Below, one piece after another: positions 16,995 through 27,557 of a DNA stretch of 64,000 nt. The notes below the pieces were generated by a model. It saw nothing but the letters and a program-made list of their open reading frames with translations, was not told where the DNA came from and ran no database searches. Location of the stretch: positions 39,670 to 103,669 of the forward strand of contig CAVYZB010000010.1 of NCBI GenBank assembly GCA_963772895.1, in the 5' to 3' direction. This stretch comes from an uncultured Acidobacteriaceae bacterium. GTDB lineage: Bacteria; Acidobacteriota; Terriglobia; Terriglobales; Acidobacteriaceae. The position numbers were made by a program, and so were the translations under genes. Position 1 is the first letter of the stretch. The number at the start of each line of letters is the position of its first letter.

Positions 16995-17946
16995 CAAGCA
17001 ACTTCAGTACCTGGCGAATGATGCAATTGCGCTGGAAGTACTCGAGGGTCTCACGGCGACACCCAAGTGGCTTCCGTCGAAACTGTTCTACGACGAGATC
17101 GGCTCCGCCCTCTTCGAACAAATCACGGAGTTGCCGGAATACTACCTTACCCGCACCGAGCGGTCGATCTTCGAGAACTATGCCGGCGAGATGCTGCAGC
17201 AGGCGGGAAGCGCGTTGACCCTGGTCGAACTCGGCGCCGGCACGGCCACCAAGACCTCCATTCTGATTGAGAAATTACTGGTCCGGCAGAGACGCGCGCT
17301 TTTTTACCCGATTGATGTTTCACCTTCCGCCTTGCAGGAAGCCGTGGACCAACTCGGCCGGCAATTTCCGGAACTGCGGGTGAATCCCATCGTCGCCGAT
17401 TACACCGGAGGCGTGCCTGCGCTGAGCCGCATCAGCGGCCGCAAGCTGGTGCTCTACATCGGATCGAGTATTGGGAACTTTGAGCCGGAAGAGGCGATAC
17501 GGATTTTGCGGCGTATCCGGAGAACGCTGCGCGCGGGCGACGCACTGCTGCTGGGCGCCGATTTTGCCAAGAGTCCGAAGATCATTCTGCCCGCGTATGA
17601 CGATTCGCAGGGCATCACCGCGCAGTTTAACAAGAATATTCTGGCGCGCTTGAATCGCGAGTTCGATGCCGACTTCGACGTCGACCTCTTCCTCCACATT
17701 CCGATGTGGAACCGCCGACTGTCGCGCATCGAAGCCTACCTGGAAAGCACTACCGCGCAAAATGTCTTCATCCCCGCACTCGACCTGGACCTGTCGTTCG
17801 CGCCCGGCGAACGCATCCACACCGAGAACAGCTACAAATACACCGACGACATGATTGAACAGATCCTGCGCGACAGCGGCTTCACCCTGGAGCACACCTG
17901 GTGCGATCGGAAGAAATGGTTTGGGGTGCACCTGGCACGGGTGTAG
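16984..17946 (+). CDS. egtD: L-histidine N-alpha-methyltransferase EgtD
   Basis: The in-frame ATG at 16984 lies within ORF 16582..17946. Diagnostic segments are ...[30 protein letters not shown]...[12 protein letters not shown]...YIGSSIGNF...TENSYKY.... It overlaps the egtB end by 11 nt. Confidence 0.9.
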   Translation: MATSKQLQYLANDAIALEVLEGLTATPKWLPSKLFYDEIGSALFEQITELPEYYLTRTERSIFENYAGEMLQQAGSALTLVELGAGTATKTSILIEKLLVRQRRALFYPIDVSPSALQEAVDQLGRQFPELRVNPIVADYTGGVPALSRISGRKLVLYIGSSIGNFEPEEAIRILRRIRRTLRAGDALLLGADFAKSPKIILPAYDDSQGITAQFNKNILARLNREFDADFDVDLFLHIPMWNRRLSRIEAYLESTTAQNVFIPALDLDLSFAPGERIHTENSYKYTDDMIEQILRDSGFTLEHTWCDRKKWFGVHLARV

Positions 17947-17950
17947 GGAA

Positions 17951-18199
17951 TCAGTGGCCTTCCAGGTTCTTGAGCCGGTCCGACAGGGATTCAACTTCCG
18001 CGTCCAGCCCCCGTAGAGCTGCCGCATGGCTCCGCTGACGTAATTCCACAGGTGAAGCCCGCTTGTGAAACTCGGTCAGCAGAGTGGTCTCGACCTTCTC
18101 AAGTTGTTCTCTGATCCACTGCTTGTCTTCGTCGGTTAGCACAGGCCAATTATAGGACAAAGGATGGGAATCCCCATCGCCACATCGCGAAACCCGCAT
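17951..18199 (-). CDS. small coiled-coil hypothetical protein ending ...RLKNLEGH
   Basis: An 82-aa ORF. A degenerate paralogue lies at 22246-22440, which supports it being a real gene family. Confidence 0.4.
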   Translation of the reverse strand: MRVSRCGDGDSHPLSYNWPVLTDEDKQWIREQLEKVETTLLTEFHKRASPVELRQRSHAAALRGLDAEVESLSDRLKNLEGH

Positions 18200-18304
18200 C
18201 TGGCATAGTTATTGCACATCCAACCAGACTGGAGAACAGAAAGGGACGTCGCACCATCGCGACGCTGTGGTTCAGCCGCGTCCACAGCTGCCTTTGACAG
18301 GGAA

Positions 18305-19156
18305 ATGAGCAGAATGAATTTGCATGTTCGCGATGCCCGCAGATTTCTGCTTAGCCTTGTGTGCGTGAGTTTTCTGGTTTCTCCGGCAGCGTCGGATGGG
18401 GCTGAGTTAAAGGAAGAGACCTTGAACGCCTGGGATGCATACATCCAAAAGGCAAATTCAGAGATGGACGGCCGTCTCCACAGTCCGTTTCTCTGGGTCG
18501 ACGAAGTGCCGGACCGCATCCAACGCGTTCGCGCGGGTAACATTCTGGTTTCGCCGGTCGGCCAGCACAATCCGAAGCCTGTGCCCTCCGGCTTAATCCA
18601 CGATTGGATAGGGGCGGCCTTCATCCCCGACGCTACGCTTGAAGACGTCTTGTCGGTGGCCCGGGATTACAGTCACTACCCGGAGTTTTACAAGCCTACG
18701 GTGGTCGAGTCCAAGCTGCGGGGCACTGCGGCAGAGTGCGACACGTACTCGCTGCTTCTGGCAAACAAGGAGGTCGTGTCCTCGACTGCGGTCGACAGCG
18801 ACTACGAATCTTGCTACCACCAGGTGGACGAACAGCGCTGGTACAGCGTCGTCCACACCACCCGGGTGCAGGAGGTACGGCACTACGGCCGGTCTGATGC
18901 GCAGGAACTTCCACCCGGCCACGGCAATGGCTACATCTGGTGCGTCTATGGTTTTGCCAGGTTCGAGGAGAGAGATGGTGGCGTCTACATCGAACTGGAG
19001 GCGATTGTCCTGAGCCGGGAAATTCCGTTCGCGGTTCGCTGGATGGTCGATCCCATGGTGCGCAGGGTCGCGAAGAACTCGATGTTGACCTCTTTGCGCC
19101 AGACGGAAGCGGCTGTTCGTGCAAGAGCAGGAACGGCGAACCAGGCAGGGAAATAA
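18305..19156 (+). CDS. secreted hypothetical protein
   Basis: The in-frame ATG at 18305 gives MSRMNLHVRDARRFLLSLVCVSFLVSPAASDG (signal-peptide-like). No motif is recognised in the remainder. Confidence 0.5.
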   Translation: MSRMNLHVRDARRFLLSLVCVSFLVSPAASDGAELKEETLNAWDAYIQKANSEMDGRLHSPFLWVDEVPDRIQRVRAGNILVSPVGQHNPKPVPSGLIHDWIGAAFIPDATLEDVLSVARDYSHYPEFYKPTVVESKLRGTAAECDTYSLLLANKEVVSSTAVDSDYESCYHQVDEQRWYSVVHTTRVQEVRHYGRSDAQELPPGHGNGYIWCVYGFARFEERDGGVYIELEAIVLSREIPFAVRWMVDPMVRRVAKNSMLTSLRQTEAAVRARAGTANQAGK

Positions 19157-19303
19157 TCCAGCGGGGTGAGATGAGGGCGCGATCTCGCGACCGTGCCCGC
19201 GCCCATCACCATGGATGAGTTTCCATCCGGTTATTCCTGACGGGCTACTCTCCAGCAGAGCCCGCGTCCGCTTCACCAACCGACGCCACTCTGCGGCTGC
19301 ACC

Positions 19304-20408
19304 CTACTCCCTTTGCTCTTTCCTTCGCAACTGCAGATACCCTCGAATTAGTTCGTTCAAGTCTCCATCTAGCACGCGATCCACGTCGCCAATCTCGACT
19401 CGCGTCCGCAGGTCCTTCACCATGCGATATGGTTGCAACACGTACGATCGGATCTGCGAGCCGAAGTCGATGTCTAGCTTGGAATCCTCGATGCCCTTGG
19501 TTACCGCGCGCTTCTTTTCCAGTTCGTACTCGTAGAGCCGTGAACGAAGGATGCTCATGGCACGCTCACGGTTCTTGTGCTGCGAGCGTTCGTTTTGGCA
19601 GGCGACCACGATTCCCGTTGGGAGGTGCGTGATTCGCACCGCCGAATCCGTGGTGTTGACGTGCTGTCCGCCCTTGCCACCAGAGCGATAGGTATCCGTG
19701 CGAATATCTTCCGGCTTGATGTTGATCTCGATAGTTTCGTCAATTTCCGGCGAAACATATACGCTGGCAAACGAGGTGTGGCGCCGCTTGGCCTGGTCAA
19801 ACGGCGAGATCCGGACCAGGCGGTGCACGCCAATCTCGCTGGTCAACAGCCCATAGGCGTGCTCGCCATTGACGCCGAAGGTTGCCGACTTTATGCCCGC
19901 CTCGTCGCCCGGCTGATACTCATAGAGCTGCGTGGAAAAGCCCTGACGCTCAGCCCAGCGTAGGTACATGCGCATCAGCATCTCGGCCCAATCCTGCGAC
20001 TCAGTACCGCCGGCGCCCGGATGAATGGTTACGATCGCACTGCGCTCGTCGTTCTCACCGGACAGCAGGGTCTCGGTCTCGAGCTTCTCAACCAGTCCAC
20101 GCAGCATGTCCACTTCGCGCCGAAGCTCCGAGGAGACGTCCTCCCCTTCGCGCGCCAGGTCAAAATATGCGGCGATGTCGCTTGACCGCCGCGCCAGTTC
20201 AGTCTCAGTTGCGAGCAAGCTGTCTAGGCGCTTCTTCTCGCGCATGACCTGTTGTGATTTTTCGGGGTTCGACCAGAGTGTAGGATCGGCAGTTTGCTTC
20301 TCGATCTGGCTCAGTTTTTCGCGCAGCTTGGGCGCGTCAAAGATACTCCTGTAGATCGTGCACCTTGTCCCGGAGGGCTGCGTATTCCTGTTCTAATTCT
20401 TCGACCAT
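19304..20408 (-). CDS. prfB: peptide chain release factor 2, with programmed +1 ribosomal frameshift
   Basis: ORF0 is ATG at 20408 ...MVEELEQEYAALRDKVHDLQEYL followed by TGA. The slippery site CTT TGA C lies at 20342-20336 and is preceded by AGGAG. The +1 frame continues DAPKLREKLSQIEKQTADPTLWSNPEKSQQVMREKKRLD... into ORF 19304..20245, which has SPF-type decoding and GGQ (...RSGGKGGQHVN...). Confidence 0.95.
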
Positions 20409-20475
20409 GTTGGGGTCCGCTTTTCGCTTGATCCGCGGCAATCGCAGCGCTTGCCTCTGACTTTAGCTCTTGATT

Positions 20476-20503
20476 CTCTGTGTTTCGGTATCTCTGTGGT
20501 GAA
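20476..20503. repeat. single copy of the GTGGTGAA-ended repeat element
   Basis: CTCTGTGTTTCGGTATCTCTGTGGTGAA abuts the lnt stop codon (20504-20506). It resembles the arms of the 7318-7389 element. Confidence 0.45.
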
Positions 20504-22123
20504 TTAAACATTGTCCACAACTGACGGCTGCGCCATCGCGGCCGGCGCGAAGACACGCAACAGTAGCCCCAGCAAGGTGATTATCGCACACACCAGCGGG
20601 AACCAATCTCCGTGGCGGGTGTAAAATGTGGTGGTTTCTTCCAGCGAATAAGCAGCCTGCAATTGTGTGCGCTGATTGCGCGGAGCCTCGGCCACTACGC
20701 GGCCCAGGGGGTCAATCACCGCCGTAATGCCGGTGTTGGTATCGCGCAGCAGCCAGCGATTGTTTTCCACCGCGCGCATTCGAGCCTGGTTCAGGTGCTG
20801 CCACGGAGCACCTCCCTCGCCGTACCAGCCGTCGTTCGAGATGTTGACGAACAACTCAGCACCATTTTTTGCGAACTGCCGCACTTCATCCGGGAAGATC
20901 GACTCGTAACAGATGAACGTGCCAATCTTGGTGTCGCCAACTTGCAGTGGCAGTCGTGATTGACCGCGGGCAAAGGTCCCCACTTGCTGGGTGAGACCTC
21001 CAGCAAAGCTGAAGAGTTTTTCGAACGGCACGTACTCACCGAATGGCACCAGATGGATCTTGTCGTAGCGCGCGGTCCATGCGCCGTTGGGCTCAATCAC
21101 GGCCGCCGAATTGTAGACGTCGGGCTGACGATTCGGCTCGCCCGTGTGCTCGATACCGATCGACCCCGCGATGATATACGAATTCGTGCTGCGGGCCACA
21201 TTGGCCAGAGTGCTGCGCACGTGCAGATCGGTCACAAAAAATGGCGCTGGCGATTCCGGCCAAATGATCAGTCCGGGCGTGCCGGCTTTGTTGTGCTGCG
21301 GGAGTACACTCAGCGCTGCCAGCGAGTCGAGCGTCTGTGTGAGGTAGTCGAGCGTCCACGCACCAGAATCGAGAATGGGAATATTTGCCTGTACCAGGGT
21401 CGCGCCGTCGCTGGTTGGCAGCGCTTCGGGCTTTATCAATTTGCCGGCATGTAGAGCGATAGCCGCAGCCAGCGCCGCGGTAAGTAAAACTTTGCGGCGC
21501 GCGTGCGGCACCAGGAAGGCGGCTGCAACCGCGGTATTGACTAGCACAATCTCGAAGGAGAGGCCGTACACTCCGGTGACCGTGGCAACACGGGAAAGGG
21601 GAATGTTGTCGATCTGCGTTGTGCCCAGCAGGTCCCAGGGAAATCCCGTAATGTAGGTGCGCGCCAACTCAATGGCAACCCAAAGGAAAGGTGTAAAGAC
21701 CAGCGCCCGTAAGCTGAAACCGTTCCGCCGGGCCGCGATAAGAGCGAGCAGAAATCCAAACAATCCGTGATAAAGGGCGAGATACAGCGCGTACATCAAG
21801 AGGAGCACGCACGATGTGGCAACACCAATCCCGCCGTACACGTGCATAACGTAGAAGACCCAATAGCAACTGCCGAGGTACCAGATGACGCCGCTCACGT
21901 AGCCAAGCAGGAATCCTTGCCACGGCGTAGCGGGCGCAAGGAAGAGTCCGCCATCGGCGAGCGCCATGGTCACATCTTGCTCGCGGCATTTCAGGATGGC
22001 GTAAATCAGCGGCGCCAGCGCCACCCAGCTCAGCAGATAAAGCGCAGGCTTGGGAAAGATCAGCACCTGCAGAACACCCGAAAGGCAGGCGAAGACCCAG
22101 GCGTTCGGGCGGATTCTTCTCAC
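20504..22123 (-). CDS. lnt: apolipoprotein N-acyltransferase
   Basis: A 539-aa protein with an N-terminal multi-TM domain and a C-terminal nitrilase-like CN-hydrolase domain (...IIWPESPAPFF...GTFICYESIFPDEVR...NISNDGWYG...). The start codon is GTG. Confidence 0.9.
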   Translation of the reverse strand: MRRIRPNAWVFACLSGVLQVLIFPKPALYLLSWVALAPLIYAILKCREQDVTMALADGGLFLAPATPWQGFLLGYVSGVIWYLGSCYWVFYVMHVYGGIGVATSCVLLLMYALYLALYHGLFGFLLALIAARRNGFSLRALVFTPFLWVAIELARTYITGFPWDLLGTTQIDNIPLSRVATVTGVYGLSFEIVLVNTAVAAAFLVPHARRKVLLTAALAAAIALHAGKLIKPEALPTSDGATLVQANIPILDSGAWTLDYLTQTLDSLAALSVLPQHNKAGTPGLIIWPESPAPFFVTDLHVRSTLANVARSTNSYIIAGSIGIEHTGEPNRQPDVYNSAAVIEPNGAWTARYDKIHLVPFGEYVPFEKLFSFAGGLTQQVGTFARGQSRLPLQVGDTKIGTFICYESIFPDEVRQFAKNGAELFVNISNDGWYGEGGAPWQHLNQARMRAVENNRWLLRDTNTGITAVIDPLGRVVAEAPRNQRTQLQAAYSLEETTTFYTRHGDWFPLVCAIITLLGLLLRVFAPAAMAQPSVVDNV

Positions 22124-22245
22124 TCAGCGAGTGTAGCAAAGGAAAATGGAGCTAGAGCGGTGCGAAGATTACGATTTGATTACTTGATCGGAAATTGCTG
22201 AGAAAGCGCGCACAAGTCGCAAGGCCGAATGTAGCCTGCGGGCTG

Positions 22246-22440
22246 CTAATCGGAATGACCTTCCAGGCGCCCCAGCCGACGCTCATGCGATTCGATCTGT
22301 TCGGATTGTTTAGTGACGGTTCCGGCCAATGTTGCAACTATTGAGGCAATTCAGTCGAGTCGCGCGTCCATCTTGACGAAGTATTCTGCATAGGCACCGA
22401 TTTGCTGCTTAGTTAAGGAGCTCCAAACATATCCCTGCAT
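22246..22440 (-). pseudogene. degenerate paralogue of the 17951-18199 small coiled-coil gene, interrupted by an in-frame TGA (22353-22351)
   Basis: My own translation is MQGYVWSSLTKQQIGAYAEYFVKMDARLD*IASIVATLAGTVTKQSEQIESHERRLGRLEGHSD. It shares W..LT........E...K....L and E.ES...RL..LEGH with the 82-aa protein. Confidence 0.3.
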
Positions 22441-22456
22441 CTTGATCAGCGCGGCT

Positions 22457-23996
<1,540 letters not shown>

Positions 23997-24016
23997 CTAG
24001 TAAAAGCAGGCAAGTA

Positions 24017-25492
24017 TCAGCCCGTGCAAAAATTCGACCTGCTCCTCACTTTCGCCCTCCGCCGTCCGAAGAAATACAGCAGCATCCCTCCGCCAAACAG
24101 AATTGCATTAAGCAGCAAGATCTTCGCGATCGCAAGTATCTTATTCGGTTCGCTTGCCTCGGGAACCATCGAGCCCAGAATGACCGCGCAGGTGGTCACG
24201 AAACCTACGATCGCCAGTGCGATCGCAACTGGCTTTCCGCCCGGAACTCGGACTACACCAGGCTCGACTGGCTCGCGCTGCAGGCGAATCATCGCGGCAA
24301 ACATGAACAGATACGGAACAAAATTGGTGATAATCGTCATGCTTATCAAGACCTGATAAGCGCCGTGGACGGTGCTGCCGAATTGTCCCAGCACGATAAA
24401 GAGCACGCAGCAGAGAGATTGCACGATCAGCGAAATGTACGGCGTTCCCCATTTCGGATGAACGCGGGCGAATGCCGGCGGCAGGAATCGATCGATGCCG
24501 GCAACGAATGGGATGCGCGACAGCGCCGCGAGGTAGGCGCCCACTCCGCCGAGGTTAGAGATGCAGATCAGCAGCGCCACTGCCGGTCCCAAACCGCTCC
24601 AGCCCACACGCTCGGCACTGCTGGAAATCGCCTGCATGATTCCTTCAAGACTATTCAGCTGACTGTGCGGCAGCACGACGAGCATCGCTACCGTTCCCAG
24701 CATGTAGCCCGCAGTGATGAGAATCCCCGCGATGAGCAGGGCACGCGGAATGGTGCGTCGCGCGTTCTTGATTTCACCACCCATGAAAGATGCCGACTCC
24801 GCCCCGCTGAATGCATAGAGCACGGTCGACCAAACGCCGATCGTTCCCCAGTGGAGCGACGGCTTCATCGAGGCTGCGGTGAAAGACGTAGCCGAGCCGA
24901 ACTTCATCCACGCCAAAACTCCGACAATGCAAAGCAGCGCCACGGGCAGCCAGGTTCCGATTGCCCCCAGATTGCTTAGCCATTTGCCGATATCGAGGCC
25001 GACGATGTTCAGAGCCAGCGCCAATCCCAGGCCGAGCAGCGAAAACGCCATGAAGAATGCGGCATTGCCTTGCAGACCCTTCCATCTGCTGCCGCCTACG
25101 TAAAGCGCATTGCTGGCCGCGAAGTAGAGGACCGCGGGAAAATAAGGCAGGTTGCTGGTCCAGTAAATCCATCCGGTCAGAAAGCCGGCGAAGTCACCGA
25201 AGGCGCGCTTGCTCCAGACATACATGCCGCCTTCCTGCGGATAGCGCGAGGAGAGTTCGAGTACGCACAAAGCCAGCGGGACGAATATAGTCGCCAGGCC
25301 GATCAGCCAAATCACCAACGTGCCCGGTCCCGCGCTGGCTGCAACCGCAATCCAGCGAAGGCTCAGCGTGGCGACCACATAGAACATGACGAGGTCGCGG
25401 AAACCCAGGACTCGCTTGGGTTGCGGAGAAGTGTCAGGCGAAGGCGAAAGCGGACTGGTTGTAGTCGACGGTTGCATTCGCTTGGCCATCAA
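24017..25492 (-). CDS. APC-family amino acid permease
   Basis: A 491-aa protein that is hydrophobic over its whole length, with typical APC segments (...GAESASFMGGEIKNARRTIPRAL...). Confidence 0.8.
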   Translation of the reverse strand: MMAKRMQPSTTTSPLSPSPDTSPQPKRVLGFRDLVMFYVVATLSLRWIAVAASAGPGTLVIWLIGLATIFVPLALCVLELSSRYPQEGGMYVWSKRAFGDFAGFLTGWIYWTSNLPYFPAVLYFAASNALYVGGSRWKGLQGNAAFFMAFSLLGLGLALALNIVGLDIGKWLSNLGAIGTWLPVALLCIVGVLAWMKFGSATSFTAASMKPSLHWGTIGVWSTVLYAFSGAESASFMGGEIKNARRTIPRALLIAGILITAGYMLGTVAMLVVLPHSQLNSLEGIMQAISSSAERVGWSGLGPAVALLICISNLGGVGAYLAALSRIPFVAGIDRFLPPAFARVHPKWGTPYISLIVQSLCCVLFIVLGQFGSTVHGAYQVLISMTIITNFVPYLFMFAAMIRLQREPVEPGVVRVPGGKPVAIALAIVGFVTTCAVILGSMVPEASEPNKILAIAKILLLNAILFGGGMLLYFFGRRRAKVRSRSNFCTG

Positions 25493-25601
25493 AGCCGTAT
25501 TGTTGGCAGAACGATTCGCGTTTGGTCAGCAGCTGAAACAGCTCGCCGGAAAACTCAATGAAGCAGATCCCTCACCGACTAAAGTCGGTTCGTGATGACA
25601 A

Positions 25602-26063
25602 TCACAACGGCAAACAATACCGATAGAACTCCTCGTCGCGCTTCCAACCCAAACTTTCGTACAGTTGTTGCGAAGCATGATTGTCGATCGCGGTTTCCAA
25701 GGTCAGGCTGTGGGCTTGCGTGTCCTCTGCCAACTGATGAGCGCGTTTCATTAGGGCGCGTCCTACTCCCTGTTTGCGCGCGTCCGCGACCACGTAAAGG
25801 TCGTTGAGGATCCATTGTCGCGTCAGGTTGACAGAGGAGAATACGGGGTAGAGATGCACGAAGCCTACTGCTCGTCCGTCGTGATGAGCGACGAACAGCA
25901 CCGACTCGCCTTTGCTCAACCGCGCGAAAAGAAAGCGGCGCGCCGCCTCCAAGTCGGAAGGCTTCTTGTAGAACTGCCGGTAGGCATCGAAGAGCGGCAC
26001 CACCTCGCCCACATCGGCCGGCGTAGCCTGCACAACTTCCAGAGACTCTGCTGGGGAACGCAT
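25602..26063 (-). CDS. GNAT-family N-acetyltransferase
   Basis: A 153-aa protein. ...LNDLYVVADARKQGVGRALMKRAH... is the acetyl-CoA-binding motif A (Q/RxxGxG/A). Confidence 0.8.
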   Translation of the reverse strand: MRSPAESLEVVQATPADVGEVVPLFDAYRQFYKKPSDLEAARRFLFARLSKGESVLFVAHHDGRAVGFVHLYPVFSSVNLTRQWILNDLYVVADARKQGVGRALMKRAHQLAEDTQAHSLTLETAIDNHASQQLYESLGWKRDEEFYRYCLPL

Positions 26064-26206
26064 GGGGACAAGGAAACACGGCAGCGGCTGGCCGTCAACT
26101 CTTTTGTTATGCGCTCCCTGCTATCATCTCGAAAAAACCGCTTCGGCAGCGCTCCTTTAAAGGCCGCCGAGGTAGTCGTTTTCGAAACTGATTCGGAGTC
26201 TTGTAG

Positions 26207-27335
26207 ATGGACCCTTCGCTGCACGACATCCTCGCCTCCTACGACGAGCGTAGCCCGCTAGAGCAGGCCTACACCATTCCGGCGTCGTGGTACGTCGACG
26301 CACGCGTAGCCGAACTGGAGCGCCAGCGCGTTTTTGGGCGCACGTGGCAAGTCGTGGGGCGGACAGATCAGGTGCAGCAAGCCGGCCAATACGTCACTAC
26401 AGATCTCGCCGGCGAACCGATCGTTGTCGTGCGCGGTAACGACCAGCAGTTGCGGGGATTCTACAACGTCTGCCGGCACCATGCCGCTGCCGTCGTGACC
26501 GAGGAGCAAGGTACGGCCAACATTCTGCGTTGTCCCTATCATGGCTGGAGCTACGGTCTTGACGGCTCGCTCAAGGGCGCGCCAGAGTTTGAAGGCGTCT
26601 GCTCCTTCGATCGCGGGCAGAACGGCCTGCTCCCCGTGCGGGTGGAAACCTGGGAACCGTTCGTCTTCGTGAACCTCGACCCGAAAGCTGCGCCCCTTAC
26701 GGATTTCCTGGGAAACCTGGTGCGACGAGTTGCTCCACTCAATCTCGGCTCAGTTCATTTTTTTGAGCGCCGGTCGTACAGTCTGAACTGTAACTGGAAA
26801 GTGTTCGTGGACAACTATCTCGACGGTGGCTATCACGTTCCTCATCTGCACAAAGCGCTGAATAGCGTGCTGGAGTACAAGCAGTACACCATCGAGAATG
26901 AAGACCGGTACTGCTTGCAATCGAGTCCAATGGTCGCCTCAAACGAGGACGCTGACACCTCAATAACGCGCACCGGCGACCGCGCCTGGTACTTCTGGCA
27001 GTATCCCAACTTCATGATCAATCTCTACAAGGGATATATGGACACAAACCTGGTGCTGCCGGATGGGGTCGATCGCTGCAAGGTAATCTTCGATTTCTAC
27101 TTCGACGATGTGACCGACTCTGCCGCGGAGCGCAACCTTCAAAGCATCGCTAGTTGGCGAACGCATCAACGATGAAGACATGGGAATATGTGAGGCGGTG
27201 CAGCGCGGCTTGCACTCGCGCGCATACGAAGCCGGACGGCTATCGGTGCGGCGGGAGGCCGGCGAACATCTGTTCCATCGACTGCTCGCCGCGGACCTGA
27301 AGAACAATCCTCACAATTTCCAGCCAGAGCTCTAA
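26207..27335 (+). CDS. Rieske [2Fe-2S] non-haem-iron oxygenase alpha subunit (choline-monooxygenase-like), frame-disrupted near 27148-27156
   Basis: The Rieske motif is CRHHAAAV...CPYHGWSY and the catalytic domain has ...DNYLDGGYHVPHLH.... ORF 26207..27175 stops prematurely. A downstream frame continues ...GERINDEDMGICEAVQRGLHSRAYEAGRLS...HLFHRLL to TAA at 27333-27335. The span is 1129 nt (3n+1). Confidence 0.8.
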
Positions 27336-27557
27336 GCAAAAAATCGATCTATAGCAACCCCAGTCTGCCGGAGTTGATTTCATCGCACGCAGTTTGCGCT
27401 AAAATAACCACTCATCGACCGGCGATTGGTATGGTGATTTGAGCATCGCTGGACTTACTATCTGCTGCAACTGAACTCACAATCAACAAACCAGTCATTT
27501 GGGAGTCGTCACGGTTTGTTGGAAACCCTCTGAGGCACGCGTTAGCGGGTTATAGCC

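Noticed and set aside
22351-22353. The in-frame TGA of the small LEGH-family ORF as a selenocysteine codon.
   Set aside because: I could identify no SECIS-like hairpin immediately downstream. The intact paralogue has Leu/Thr, not Cys, at the aligned position. No selenoprotein context is present. Pseudogene decay is simpler.
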